Position numbers and translations under genes: made by a program | Shown: positions 18,816 through 27,498 of the stretch, in pieces | How positions within the stretch are numbered: position 1 is the stretch's first letter | How the letters are laid out: each line of letters starts with the position of its first letter | IMG/VR virus record: IMGVR_UViG_3300035438_000760 | Coordinates: 1-61,770 of that record | DNA from: a virus | Taxonomy: Duplodnaviria > Caudoviricetes | Length of the DNA stretch: 61,770 nt | Strand: one strand, 5' to 3' | The notes under the pieces: model-generated | What the model saw: only the letters and a program-made list of their open reading frames with translations | What the model was told of the DNA's origin: nothing | Database searches by the model: none

Positions 18816-19294
18816 GCGATATTGATGTGGAGATGGTTGAACAGTTCGTGCAGTTAGTTGTTGCGGATCGGTCGTGGATGGAAAGGGCATCGTGTCGTGG
18901 GGTTGACCCGAATTTGTTTCATTCAGAGTTTGGTGACTTTGGTACACAAAAAGATGCTTTGTTGATCTGTAACGGGGTGAAGGCGACTCGGAAAACTCTC
19001 GGTGTTAGTCCGTGCCCAGTTCGGGATCAGTGTTTGGAGTATGTAATGTCTTTACCTGCCCGTACTGATACTCACGGGGTGTATGGCGGGACTACTCATA
19101 AACAGCGGGTGGGTTTGAGGCGTTCTCGTGGGATAACGAAGAGTAAGCCTCGGTCACCTTGTGGTACTCAGGCGGGGTATCGGTCGCATTTGCGGTTTAA
19201 CGAAAAAACTTGTGATGAATGTCGGAAAGCCAATGCTCTTCACAAAATGTTGTTATTAGAATCCAAGAATGCCCGAAATGCCGTTTCAGCCTAA
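18812..19294 (+). CDS. whiB: WhiB-family transcription factor with C-terminal Zn-binding extension
   Basis: WMERASCRG...C...CPVRDQC, GVYGG; CGT..GY..H...CDEC tail. Confidence 0.85.
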   Translation: MSDIDVEMVEQFVQLVVADRSWMERASCRGVDPNLFHSEFGDFGTQKDALLICNGVKATRKTLGVSPCPVRDQCLEYVMSLPARTDTHGVYGGTTHKQRVGLRRSRGITKSKPRSPCGTQAGYRSHLRFNEKTCDECRKANALHKMLLLESKNARNAVSA

Positions 19295-19514
19295 GAAGAC
19301 CAGATATCCGTCTACGGTTCAGGAGATGTTTTGGTTATGCGAACAGATGAAGGAGGCAGAAGCGTCTGGGGAGGAAGCCCCGTTTGATGTTTTGTTGTCT
19401 TCGGCGTTTGTGCATGATGTGGCGTTTCGTATTTTGAGGTTGGAGAATGCTTTACTCAACCTTGTTGGTGATGCGAATGGTGACACCGACGATGTAGAGT
19501 TTCCGTTTAGTTGA
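19269..19514 (+). CDS. Hypothetical protein
   Basis: ORF overlapping the WhiB stop. Confidence 0.45.
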   Translation: MPEMPFQPKKTRYPSTVQEMFWLCEQMKEAEASGEEAPFDVLLSSAFVHDVAFRILRLENALLNLVGDANGDTDDVEFPFS

Positions 19515-19995
19515 AGAAACCCGTTTTGGGTCACGCCGACAGTGTGCATGTCGTTCAGGGGTTGTATCCGTTGGAGGGTATGAGTCGCAAAACACGGGTG
19601 CGTGGGTAGATCCCCTTATGCGAACCGATTCTAGGTGAAGCGTGTAATTGGGGAGCCACGAATCCGTGAGGACGAATTAGAAGATTAGGACATGAGCCGT
19701 GTCGTTAAAGATTAGGTCGGGACTTCCGTAGGGCAACGGAAGGGGTGGTGACAAATGCAAGTCTGTGACGATACCCGTGTACAGGATGACCCTATACACC
19801 ACCCGCTACCACACAGCCCACCACACAGGCACACACAGGGCTATACAGGGCACCACAGCGTACCCAGATAGGTCACTCTCTCCCCTGTGGCACACCCTCG
19901 CACCTAGAAACAACACACCCTCACACCCAGAAACACCCCCACATACACCCCCCTACACACCACGCTGACACACACACCACCAGTACCATACCCAC

Positions 19996-20475
19996 ATGGG
20001 CAGAAACAGCAAACTCACACCAGAAACACACACCAAAATCATCGGAGCAATCAAAGCAGGCAACTACCTAGAAACAGCCGCCGCATACGCAGGAATAGAC
20101 CAAGGCACCCTACACAGATGGCTAAACCGAGGTCAAGACGAAACAGAAACAGACCCACGATACAGCCAGTTCCGCGAGGCAGTACAAAACGCAAGAGCCG
20201 AAGCCGAAGCACGAAATGTCGCACTCATACAAAGAGCCGCCAACGAAGGCACATGGCAAGCCGCCGCATGGTACCTAGAACGAACAGCCTCAAACAGATG
20301 GGGACGCAGAGCCGCACTAGAAGTCACTGGCGAGGGCGGGGGAGCCGTACAGATCGCAGTTGACACCGATGCACTGGAGGCGAAAGTTCGGGCGATCCTC
20401 GGAGGGAGCGTCAAAGAGGTCGGCGCAAGTGTCAAGGAACTAGCCCCACCTGTGGATAAACCCCTGCATAGTTAA
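19996..20475 (+). CDS. terS: Terminase small subunit
   Basis: GRNSKLT...GNYLETAAAYAGI...WQAAAWYLER; upstream of TerL. Confidence 0.75.
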   Translation: MGRNSKLTPETHTKIIGAIKAGNYLETAAAYAGIDQGTLHRWLNRGQDETETDPRYSQFREAVQNARAEAEARNVALIQRAANEGTWQAAAWYLERTASNRWGRRAALEVTGEGGGAVQIAVDTDALEAKVRAILGGSVKEVGASVKELAPPVDKPLHS

Positions 20476-20504
20476 TGCATAAACATACAAAACGCTGTGG
20501 ATAA
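20451..20504 (-). promoter_or_regulatory. Two perfect DnaA boxes (TTATCCACA on the - strand)
   Basis: TGTGGATAA at 20451-20459 and 20496-20504. Confidence 0.55.
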
Positions 20505-20872
20505 CTAGGGCTGACCAGCCATAATGTCATAATGGATATTATGGGCGGAATGAAACACGGAAAGTGCCCCTGACCAGCACTTATGTCAAAAGCGAACACT
20601 TGTTCGTGACAAAAGCCCTAGACCAACAGTATGCCACATCACCGCAGGTCGCACCAGCACAAACACAACAAACCTGCGACATAACCGCAGGTGCCACCAG
20701 CACTAATGCACCCAAAAATTGTGACACCCGCCCCCCAAAATCAAAGTACCCATATATGTGATGTTTGGTGTGTGTATTGTTGGGTTTTGTATGACCCCCC
20801 CCTTTGTTTTTGTTGCGACCCCGAAAAATTTTTGCAGTTTTTTTGGTTTGGTTTGGTTGGGTGATTGGTGCG

Positions 20873-22492
20873 ATGGATGATGCTTTGGTTTTGAGGGTTT
20901 TGGGTTTGGGTGTTGAGGAGCGGGCTTCGCTGTTTGAACACTTGACTGGGGTTGAGCGTGTTGCTTTGTTTAAGTCGTTGGAGGAATTTTCTGGTAACCC
21001 GTGGGCGAGGTTTGTTTCGGATCCTGTTGGGTTTGTGGAGCAGGGTTTGGGGGAATCTTTGTGGTCACGACAACGAGAAATCTTGGAAGCGGTCAGGGAT
21101 AACAAGCGTGTTGTTGTTCCAGCGTGTCACGCACCCGGCAAAACCCATTTGGCGGCTCGTGCGGTCGCATGGTGGATCTCGTGCCATCCGCCGGGTACCG
21201 CTCAGGTGGTTACAACGGCGACAACTTTCCGTCAAGTCCGCAACTTGCTGTGGGTTCAGATCAGAAGGCTCCATGCGAAACATAATTTGCCCGGTGTCAC
21301 CGCTCAAGTTGAATGGAAAATCGGTTCCGAGATCTGTGGGTACGGTTTCTCTGCTCCCGCTTGGGACGAAACTGCTGTCCAAGGTGTTCACGCACCTCAC
21401 CTTTTGATCGTTGTAGACGAAGCAGGAGGCATTTCTAACAAATTAGGGCAATCTTTAGAGGCTTTAATGACAGGTGGACACACCAGACTGCTCGTAATCG
21501 GCAACCCGCCCGTAGATATTGAAGATTCATGGTTTGAAAGGGCATGTTCCAGCCCACTTTATGTAAATATCCCTATTTCGGCGTATGACACCCCCAATTT
21601 CACTGGAGAACCGACCGATATATGCGGATCTTGCCCTCCAGAAGTAGAAAAACACTATGTAGGCACCCATCTCGTGGACAAAGAATGGGTTGACGAAGTA
21701 ACACAAGAATTCGGTGGCGATTCACCATTCGCTATCGCCCGTGTACATGCGAAGTTCCCCAGAGCCGCCCCAAACAAAGTCATCCCCATGTCATGGTGTG
21801 AATCAGCACAAGAAAACGACACCCCAGTGTTCGGAGATCAACTCCGATTAGGCGTAGATGTCGCCGCAGACGGCGGAGACGAACTCGTCATCGCCAGAGC
21901 AGACGGATACCGAGTCAAACTCGTCCACCACTCCTCAGGAATGGCAAACGCCAGCGCAGTAGATGTAGCAGGCAAAGTCCTAGAAGCCATCCAAGAAGCC
22001 GAACTCATCGCCCTAGGCAGATCCCACAAACACCGCGTCACCGTCAAAGTAGACGGCATCGGAGTCGGCTGGGGAGTCGTCGGACTACTCCAACAATGGG
22101 GAAAAGAAGGCAGACACCACAGTGCGATCATCAATGTCAATGTCTCCAGATCAGCCAGATCCCAAAAATTTAAAAACCAGCGAGCCGAAATGTGGTGGAA
22201 CACCCGCCAACTCCTCATGCCCGACCCACAAAACGACAACCAACAACAAGTGCGACTAGATGTAGACCGCCGAACCATCGCCCAACTCTCATCACCGCTG
22301 TACTCCGCCGACTCATCAGGACGAATCGTCATAGAATCCAAACGAGAAATCAAACGCCGATCAGGAACCTCCCCAGACCGAGCAGAAGCAGTCCTCCTAG
22401 CCCTCTACGAACCACCCGGCGGAATCATCGGAGACGCAATCACCCCAATCGTCATCCACCAAATGAACCCATGGGATCTCAGCACAATATAG
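20873..22492 (+). CDS. terL: Terminase large subunit
   Basis: HAPGKT Walker A, VVDEA Walker B, IGNP, GVDVA and SPDRAEA nuclease motifs. Confidence 0.92.
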   Translation: MDDALVLRVLGLGVEERASLFEHLTGVERVALFKSLEEFSGNPWARFVSDPVGFVEQGLGESLWSRQREILEAVRDNKRVVVPACHAPGKTHLAARAVAWWISCHPPGTAQVVTTATTFRQVRNLLWVQIRRLHAKHNLPGVTAQVEWKIGSEICGYGFSAPAWDETAVQGVHAPHLLIVVDEAGGISNKLGQSLEALMTGGHTRLLVIGNPPVDIEDSWFERACSSPLYVNIPISAYDTPNFTGEPTDICGSCPPEVEKHYVGTHLVDKEWVDEVTQEFGGDSPFAIARVHAKFPRAAPNKVIPMSWCESAQENDTPVFGDQLRLGVDVAADGGDELVIARADGYRVKLVHHSSGMANASAVDVAGKVLEAIQEAELIALGRSHKHRVTVKVDGIGVGWGVVGLLQQWGKEGRHHSAIINVNVSRSARSQKFKNQRAEMWWNTRQLLMPDPQNDNQQQVRLDVDRRTIAQLSSPLYSADSSGRIVIESKREIKRRSGTSPDRAEAVLLALYEPPGGIIGDAITPIVIHQMNPWDLSTI

Positions 22493-22586
22493 CCCCTGAG
22501 CAGGACTTTTACAAAAAAATTTCTTATGGCACTGCGGGTGGTCGTTTAAGTATCTATCGCTAATAGTGTAAATTGTTAAACAACAG

Positions 22587-23138
22587 TTGACAAATCTGGG
22601 GGTTGACCGTTATTCCGCCCGATGGTTGACTGATGCGATGCCTTCTTGGAGCAGATATGTATTTAATGAGGTTCACGCCGAACCATACGACCTTGGAATT
22701 CAAGGTTTAACTTTCAATGTCTCCGCTGAAGCATCAGTTACAACCGCAACGCCTATTTATTTTGAATTTCGCACCAGCACCAAAACACCAGTAATTTTGC
22801 ATTACATGTCGCAGGCGTTAGATGCTTCGTGTCGCTTTACAATTTATGAAGCCCCATCATTGACCATTGGTACAACCGAAATTCCGTCTGTAAATACCCA
22901 TCGCCAGATTGGGACAACAGCGACAATGAAAATGTACTCAAATCCGACTTCAGTGTCTGCTGGAACAACGCTATCCACCCAAATAGTTGGCAGTGGCGAC
23001 CATCGCAGTGGCGGTACAACAGACGATTCGGCAATTTGGACATTAAAAACCAATACCTCGTATGTTGCGAAGGTGGAAAACCTTGGAAACCAAACAGCGA
23101 CTTACAACTTAACGATGACTTGGCGAGAATTGACTTGA
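22587..23138 (+). CDS. Hypothetical beta-rich protein (start uncertain)
   Basis: 183-aa ORF; its stop falls in the promoter repeat. Confidence 0.55.
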   Translation: MTNLGVDRYSARWLTDAMPSWSRYVFNEVHAEPYDLGIQGLTFNVSAEASVTTATPIYFEFRTSTKTPVILHYMSQALDASCRFTIYEAPSLTIGTTEIPSVNTHRQIGTTATMKMYSNPTSVSAGTTLSTQIVGSGDHRSGGTTDDSAIWTLKTNTSYVAKVENLGNQTATYNLTMTWRELT

Positions 23139-23163
23139 CAGGGGTTTAGTTTTGTGCCATGCT
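23132..23163 (+). promoter_or_regulatory. Repeated promoter
   Basis: TTGACA-GGGGTTTAGTTTTGTGC-CATGCT (17-bp spacer). Confidence 0.75.
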
Positions 23164-23181
23164 CTCTTCGGAGGGAAAAAT

Positions 23182-23358
23182 ATGGCGAAATGCATAAACT
23201 GCGGACAACAACTTCGCAAGGCGAAAGCCGACAGTGACTATTCGTGGATCGGCAAGACCGATAACCAAGAATCCTGCTATGCGGGAGCGACTCAAATGCC
23301 TGACGGCAGGTTTGTCTCTAATCAAGACCACTGCACAGCAAAGGAGAACAACGGTTGA
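23182..23358 (+). CDS. Small Cys-containing hypothetical protein
   Basis: GGAGGG RBS; CINCG. Confidence 0.55.
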   Translation: MAKCINCGQQLRKAKADSDYSWIGKTDNQESCYAGATQMPDGRFVSNQDHCTAKENNG

Positions 23359-23771
23359 ACCAGCAATTAGGACGACACAATTTGCGTTCTGTCAACGATG
23401 TCAAGTCATATAGTCGGGGCAGGGCTGGACAATATGGACGGGGAACACTTCGCACCCCAGTGCCTGTTTACAACATCCACGAACCAAACAAGCCCAAAAC
23501 AAAAACTGAAGATCAGCCAGAAGCACAATTGGATAAAAGAAAAGCCAACGCTCACACATACGGTGTTTGCGGTTACCTTCAGAAATGCCAAACCTGCAAA
23601 AAATACTTTGTTTGGATAAAAGAAGATGAGAAGAACAAAATTTATGCCGTCACAAGCGAGGGGTTGCAGTGGAAATTGGTGATGGGTGATTGGAAAAAAT
23701 ACGAGCGGTTTGTGTATGACCCGAACAGTAAGCCTGCTTGGGTTTGTGAGCAAGACTTGACAGGGGTTTAG
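23355..23771 (+). CDS. Hypothetical protein
   Basis: C-terminus DLTGV* is encoded by the promoter repeat. Confidence 0.55.
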   Translation: MNQQLGRHNLRSVNDVKSYSRGRAGQYGRGTLRTPVPVYNIHEPNKPKTKTEDQPEAQLDKRKANAHTYGVCGYLQKCQTCKKYFVWIKEDEKNKIYAVTSEGLQWKLVMGDWKKYERFVYDPNSKPAWVCEQDLTGV

Positions 23772-23809
23772 TTTTGTGGAAGAATTCTTTTGCGGGGAGA
23801 GAGGCTCCC
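23754..23809 (+). promoter_or_regulatory. Repeated promoter plus hairpin
   Basis: TTGACA-N17-AAGAAT, then GGGAGAGAGGCTCCC. Confidence 0.75.
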
Positions 23810-24038
23810 AGCAGAAAGGAGGGACAGATGATCCGCCTGATTTACGCTCTGGTCATCTCAAACTCTTGGTCTAGCATTTTCCAGTATTCAGTTTTCCAGT
23901 TGAAACTGGCTGTAGGGGTCGTCAAATGACCGCCCAACCCAAGGACGGATTGCACCGATGCGACTGCGGTTGCAAATACTGGGATGGCAAAAAATGCCAC
24001 TCTTGCGGTCAAAAATGGATCTTAAAGAAAGGAACCAA

Positions 24039-24302
24039 ATGAATTACAAATGCACGAGCAAAGGTTGCACAGGGGTGTTTCCAGAAATTGGAATCCGCTA
24101 CGACGACGAGACATATATCAGGAAATGCGATCTGTGCGGTCGCTGGTTGGTTGATATCAACTACTCCTATTACGAAGTCAGTGGGATAGTCAACAATGCC
24201 GAAAATGCAGTAGAGATTGCCCGCACGAAGCACCAAGGGTGGAAAGACGGCTGGGGAAAAACTTCAGTGTTTAACTTAATGAAAATGGAGGTAGCGCAAT
24301 GA
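24039..24302 (+). CDS. Small zinc-ribbon protein
   Basis: CTSKGC and CDLCG; AAAGGA RBS. Confidence 0.55.
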   Translation: MNYKCTSKGCTGVFPEIGIRYDDETYIRKCDLCGRWLVDINYSYYEVSGIVNNAENAVEIARTKHQGWKDGWGKTSVFNLMKMEVAQ

Positions 24303-24598
24303 CAACCACGAAAACCTACAACCGATTGGATCGGCAAAAAAGAGATTTGTATGGCAAGTTGCAGGAACTTGAATGGCAAATTGTTCACATGCGAAACCAG
24401 TCTGAGCAAGGTCGCTTTGATGCCAAGCACATCCAGCACCGAGCACTGCAATTGGTTACAGCGTCGGTTCAGATGTTGGAAGTGATTGCTGAGATTGTTG
24501 CTCAGGAGCAAGTGATTGCCGATGCTCACGATGCTAGTTACCAAAGCGAGATGGCAGAAATCCAAGAAGCGGTTGCCAATGACTTGACAGGGGTTTAG
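24299..24598 (+). CDS. Helical hypothetical protein
   Basis: GGAGG RBS; ends DLTGV* in the promoter repeat. Confidence 0.6.
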   Translation: MTTTKTYNRLDRQKRDLYGKLQELEWQIVHMRNQSEQGRFDAKHIQHRALQLVTASVQMLEVIAEIVAQEQVIADAHDASYQSEMAEIQEAVANDLTGV

Positions 24599-24638
24599 TT
24601 TTCTGTCAGACTTCTTGTACAAGGAAAGGAGCCAAATG
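24581..24638 (+). promoter_or_regulatory. Repeated promoter plus RBS block
   Basis: TTGACA-N17-CAGACT, then TCTTGTACAAGGAAAGGAGCCAAATG (near-identical to the 30782 copy). Confidence 0.75.
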
Positions 24639-25040
24639 ACCAGTTACACCCACCAAGAAGCCAAAACCCTCAAAGCGGAACTTCGGGAACTTGCCTCGCA
24701 GGTTCTGGAATACAAAGCAATCGCTTACATGGTTGCCAAAGAACAAACCGCTCACCAGCGTCGGACACACCAGCCCGCTGGCGAAAGCAAGAGGTGGTAC
24801 GCAGGTTCAAAAATCGCTGGCATGAGTTGGATGGAATTCGCTCTAGCGTTCGGTCTTGAGGACAAGATGCACATCCACATCGGCGACGATCAAGGCAGGC
24901 ACTACACCAAAAAAGAAGCCATTGAGATTCGCACCGAAGCATGCGAAGAAGAATTCGTCCGCTTCATGTTCCACCACTCCTACGACGATCCCGAAGAATT
25001 CAAAAAAGTAATCGCTTTCTTAAAAAAGGAGGAAATATGA
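24636..25040 (+). CDS. Hypothetical protein
   Basis: AAGGAG RBS, first gene of a cassette. Confidence 0.6.
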   Translation: MTSYTHQEAKTLKAELRELASQVLEYKAIAYMVAKEQTAHQRRTHQPAGESKRWYAGSKIAGMSWMEFALAFGLEDKMHIHIGDDQGRHYTKKEAIEIRTEACEEEFVRFMFHHSYDDPEEFKKVIAFLKKEEI

Positions 25041-25531
25041 CAACTACCGAACAACGGCACCAAGTTCAACTGAAAATAGATGAACTGGTTGAGTTTATGA
25101 ATGAGGCGGGAGCAAGGTATTTCGCCGAGCATTACACCTATGTGGATGCACCAACTTACGGTCAAAAAGAAGGACAAAAATTTACGAGGGTTGGGGTGAT
25201 GCGACCGTCAGGGCAGGTTGGAACTTGCACTTTCATTGACCGCAACACTGGCGATGTTTACAAGCCTGCTGGCATGAACACACGAGCGGTTGGCATCCGA
25301 TACAACTTGCTCAACGAAGAATCTTGGGCACTGCTCAAGCAACTGTGGGATCCCCACGGTGGCTGGCTCTACCTAGATCGGATCCGCCCAAATGCGACAG
25401 GGGAACAGGTTCTGTACCCCGACCAGCGGGCATTGAACCGTCAGCAGGAAGAACCAGCAACGCCAGCGACACCGATCAGCGAAATCAATTTTGAGGATCT
25501 TCGCCGAATTGCATTGGAAGATAATTCTTGA
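25037..25531 (+). CDS. Hypothetical phage protein
   Basis: AGGAGG RBS; FIDRNTGDVYKPAG...RYNL pattern. Confidence 0.6.
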   Translation: MTTTEQRHQVQLKIDELVEFMNEAGARYFAEHYTYVDAPTYGQKEGQKFTRVGVMRPSGQVGTCTFIDRNTGDVYKPAGMNTRAVGIRYNLLNEESWALLKQLWDPHGGWLYLDRIRPNATGEQVLYPDQRALNRQQEEPATPATPISEINFEDLRRIALEDNS

Positions 25532-26190
25532 GCGAACAGCACACTTCAGGAATCTTTGATCGTTATAGAAGTATGAACAAAAAACAGGAGGACAACATGT
25601 ACACATGCGAATGCCAACACTCTGAGGAATACCTTGAGTATTTTAAAGAGTTAGCAAAACTGCCCGACGAAAGCAAAAAATTGCTGAAGGTCATTATGGA
25701 ACCGTTTGAGGGCGAAGAGTTTTCAGTCAAGTGCAAGGGCTGTGCTGATCTTGAGTTGATGAGCGCAATGGTTGAAGCGTCTGGTCTGCCTGAAGTGGAA
25801 TTTGATTGGAGCGATCCTTGCCCAGCCGATTTTGTCACTCTTGCGGACGAAGATATCAATCTGAAAGCCCAAGAGATCGCACGAGCAATCGTTTCGGGTG
25901 AGTCAATTTCGCCAGCAAGCAACCGCAAACTGCTAATGCACTGGGCGGGCATTGATGACGATGAGGTTTACTGCCGATATGTGGAAATTGGAAACTGGAT
26001 TGCGGAAGATCGCAAACTTCGTGAGATGGACGATGAAGAAATGGATGATTACCATCGTGCGAAAGACGAAATGAAAGGTTTGATTGACGAGATCATGTCG
26101 CCAGAGTTAATCGCTGAGGCATTGAAGCATTACGAAGAAATCAAGTCGGTCACGGATTCGCTTGAGCGTTTGTGGGAAGCCGAAGAGTAG
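25528..26190 (+). CDS. Acidic hypothetical protein (start may be 25598)
   Basis: Long ORF ending just before a terminator. Confidence 0.6.
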   Translation: MSEQHTSGIFDRYRSMNKKQEDNMYTCECQHSEEYLEYFKELAKLPDESKKLLKVIMEPFEGEEFSVKCKGCADLELMSAMVEASGLPEVEFDWSDPCPADFVTLADEDINLKAQEIARAIVSGESISPASNRKLLMHWAGIDDDEVYCRYVEIGNWIAEDRKLREMDDEEMDDYHRAKDEMKGLIDEIMSPELIAEALKHYEEIKSVTDSLERLWEAEE

Positions 26191-26208
26191 GGAAGTCAGC
26201 GGGTTCAG

Positions 26209-26236
26209 AAAAGGGACGGGCGACCGTCCCTTTTTT
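26209..26236 (+). terminator. Intrinsic terminator (possibly bidirectional)
   Basis: AAAA-GGGACGG-GCGA-CCGTCCC-TTTTTT. Confidence 0.85.
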
Positions 26237-26285
26237 GTTGCTTAAATACGGTTCAGCACTACTGGGGTATGGTGAGCGGATGGTT

Positions 26286-27332
26286 ATGCCTGCCTCCACA
26301 CAATTTATTTTGAAGCAACTGGAGCCGTTCGCTCAGTGTGAGCCTCATATCTGGGATTTGGTTGTGCAGGAAGTTGAGTCGCATGGACTCAACCAGATCA
26401 GTAAGTCATCCATGATTGAGTTGAAGGTGGCTAAGGCTGGTTGGGAGCGTATGGAGAAAGCAAGGTACGCATCTCGCAGTGAAGCGTCACGATTCGCCGC
26501 CGAACAGCGGTGGAAAGGGCATGCGAAGAAAGAACCGTCTTCAGGTATGCGGAAAGCGACAGTTGCCGAACGAAAGCAATTGGGTGTCCCTCCCGCGTGG
26601 ACTGATGTAGAAATTGCTGACAGTCCAAAGGGTGTTAACGGTTTATTGTTTAGAGGTATTGATGCGAAAGGTCGTGTGCAGTCCAAGTACACCGAAGAGC
26701 ATTCTGCTAAACGATCTAAATTGAAGTTTAAACGGATTTTGGAATTGGAAACTCATTTAGGAAAGTTAGATGCAACGCTTGAAAAGGGTGTGAAATCTGG
26801 AGATGAGCATGCCGTGTGTCTTTCAATTATTCGCCAAGGCGGTTGCAGACCCGGATCGGATAACGAAACTTTGGGTACGGTCAAGGCTTTTGGGGCTACA
26901 ACTTTGGAGGCTCGTCATGTGAAGGTGGCTGGCGATGTTGTGAAACTGGATTTTGTTGGCAAGTCGGGCAAGCAGAATCAGATTGAAATTAAGGATAAAA
27001 ACCTTGCTTCGGCGATGCGAACCTTGTTAAAAGGGAAGGGCAAGTCGGACAAAGTGTTTGCTTCGGTGGATGCTCCGTCTTTGCTTGAGTATCAGCGGAC
27101 AATTTTGCCTAAGAAGTTTTTGTTGAAAGATTTGCGGACTTCGTTGGGGACTAAAACGGCTTTGTTGGCGATCAAAAAAATGGCGGTTCCGAAAACTAAG
27201 ACTGCTTACAAGAAAGCGAAGTCTGAGATCGGCAAAATTGTTTCGGAAAAGTTGGGTAATACGCCTGCTATTGCGTTGCAAAGTTATATCAACCCGATGG
27301 TTTTTGGAGTTTGGGAGGGTGTCAGTGAGTGA
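26286..27332 (+). CDS. Type IB DNA topoisomerase carrying the leader and SRSEA..AA..RW tag
   Basis: VPPAWTDV, GIDAKGRVQ, RPGS, FVGKSG, KDLRT and LGNT...SYI catalytic motifs. Confidence 0.88.
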   Translation: MPASTQFILKQLEPFAQCEPHIWDLVVQEVESHGLNQISKSSMIELKVAKAGWERMEKARYASRSEASRFAAEQRWKGHAKKEPSSGMRKATVAERKQLGVPPAWTDVEIADSPKGVNGLLFRGIDAKGRVQSKYTEEHSAKRSKLKFKRILELETHLGKLDATLEKGVKSGDEHAVCLSIIRQGGCRPGSDNETLGTVKAFGATTLEARHVKVAGDVVKLDFVGKSGKQNQIEIKDKNLASAMRTLLKGKGKSDKVFASVDAPSLLEYQRTILPKKFLLKDLRTSLGTKTALLAIKKMAVPKTKTAYKKAKSEIGKIVSEKLGNTPAIALQSYINPMVFGVWEGVSE

Positions 27333-27498
27333 TATTTCTGAAGAGGAAAATGCGTGGGCGGTTGCTGAGATGCAAAAGTTGATGGTCAAGATCAGTCCCG
27401 AAATGGTTGATGTTGGCACTTGGGATGACTGCATGGATGACGAGCCAGAGTCAAGCGAATACATAGCAATGGAAAAGGAAGTGGATGATGAAGATTGA
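27325..27498 (+). CDS. Small highly acidic protein, candidate TopIB partner/inhibitor
   Basis: GTG start overlapping the TopIB stop; D/E-rich, 57 aa. Confidence 0.5.
   Translation: MSDISEEENAWAVAEMQKLMVKISPEMVDVGTWDDCMDDEPESSEYIAMEKEVDDED

Noticed and set aside
19765-20761. ORFs 19765..19968 and 20564..20761
   Set aside because: Low-complexity products of the A/C-rich skew, with no RBS or motif
23132-24612. Three ~30-bp direct repeats that could suggest a CRISPR array
   Set aside because: Spacing is 620-830 bp with whole genes between, the repeats have promoter structure, and there is no cas operon
26286-27332. Tyrosine integrase implying lysogeny
   Set aside because: The motif order and the PPAWTDV/GxDxKGRxQ N-domain match TopIB; no att site or repressor cassette recognised
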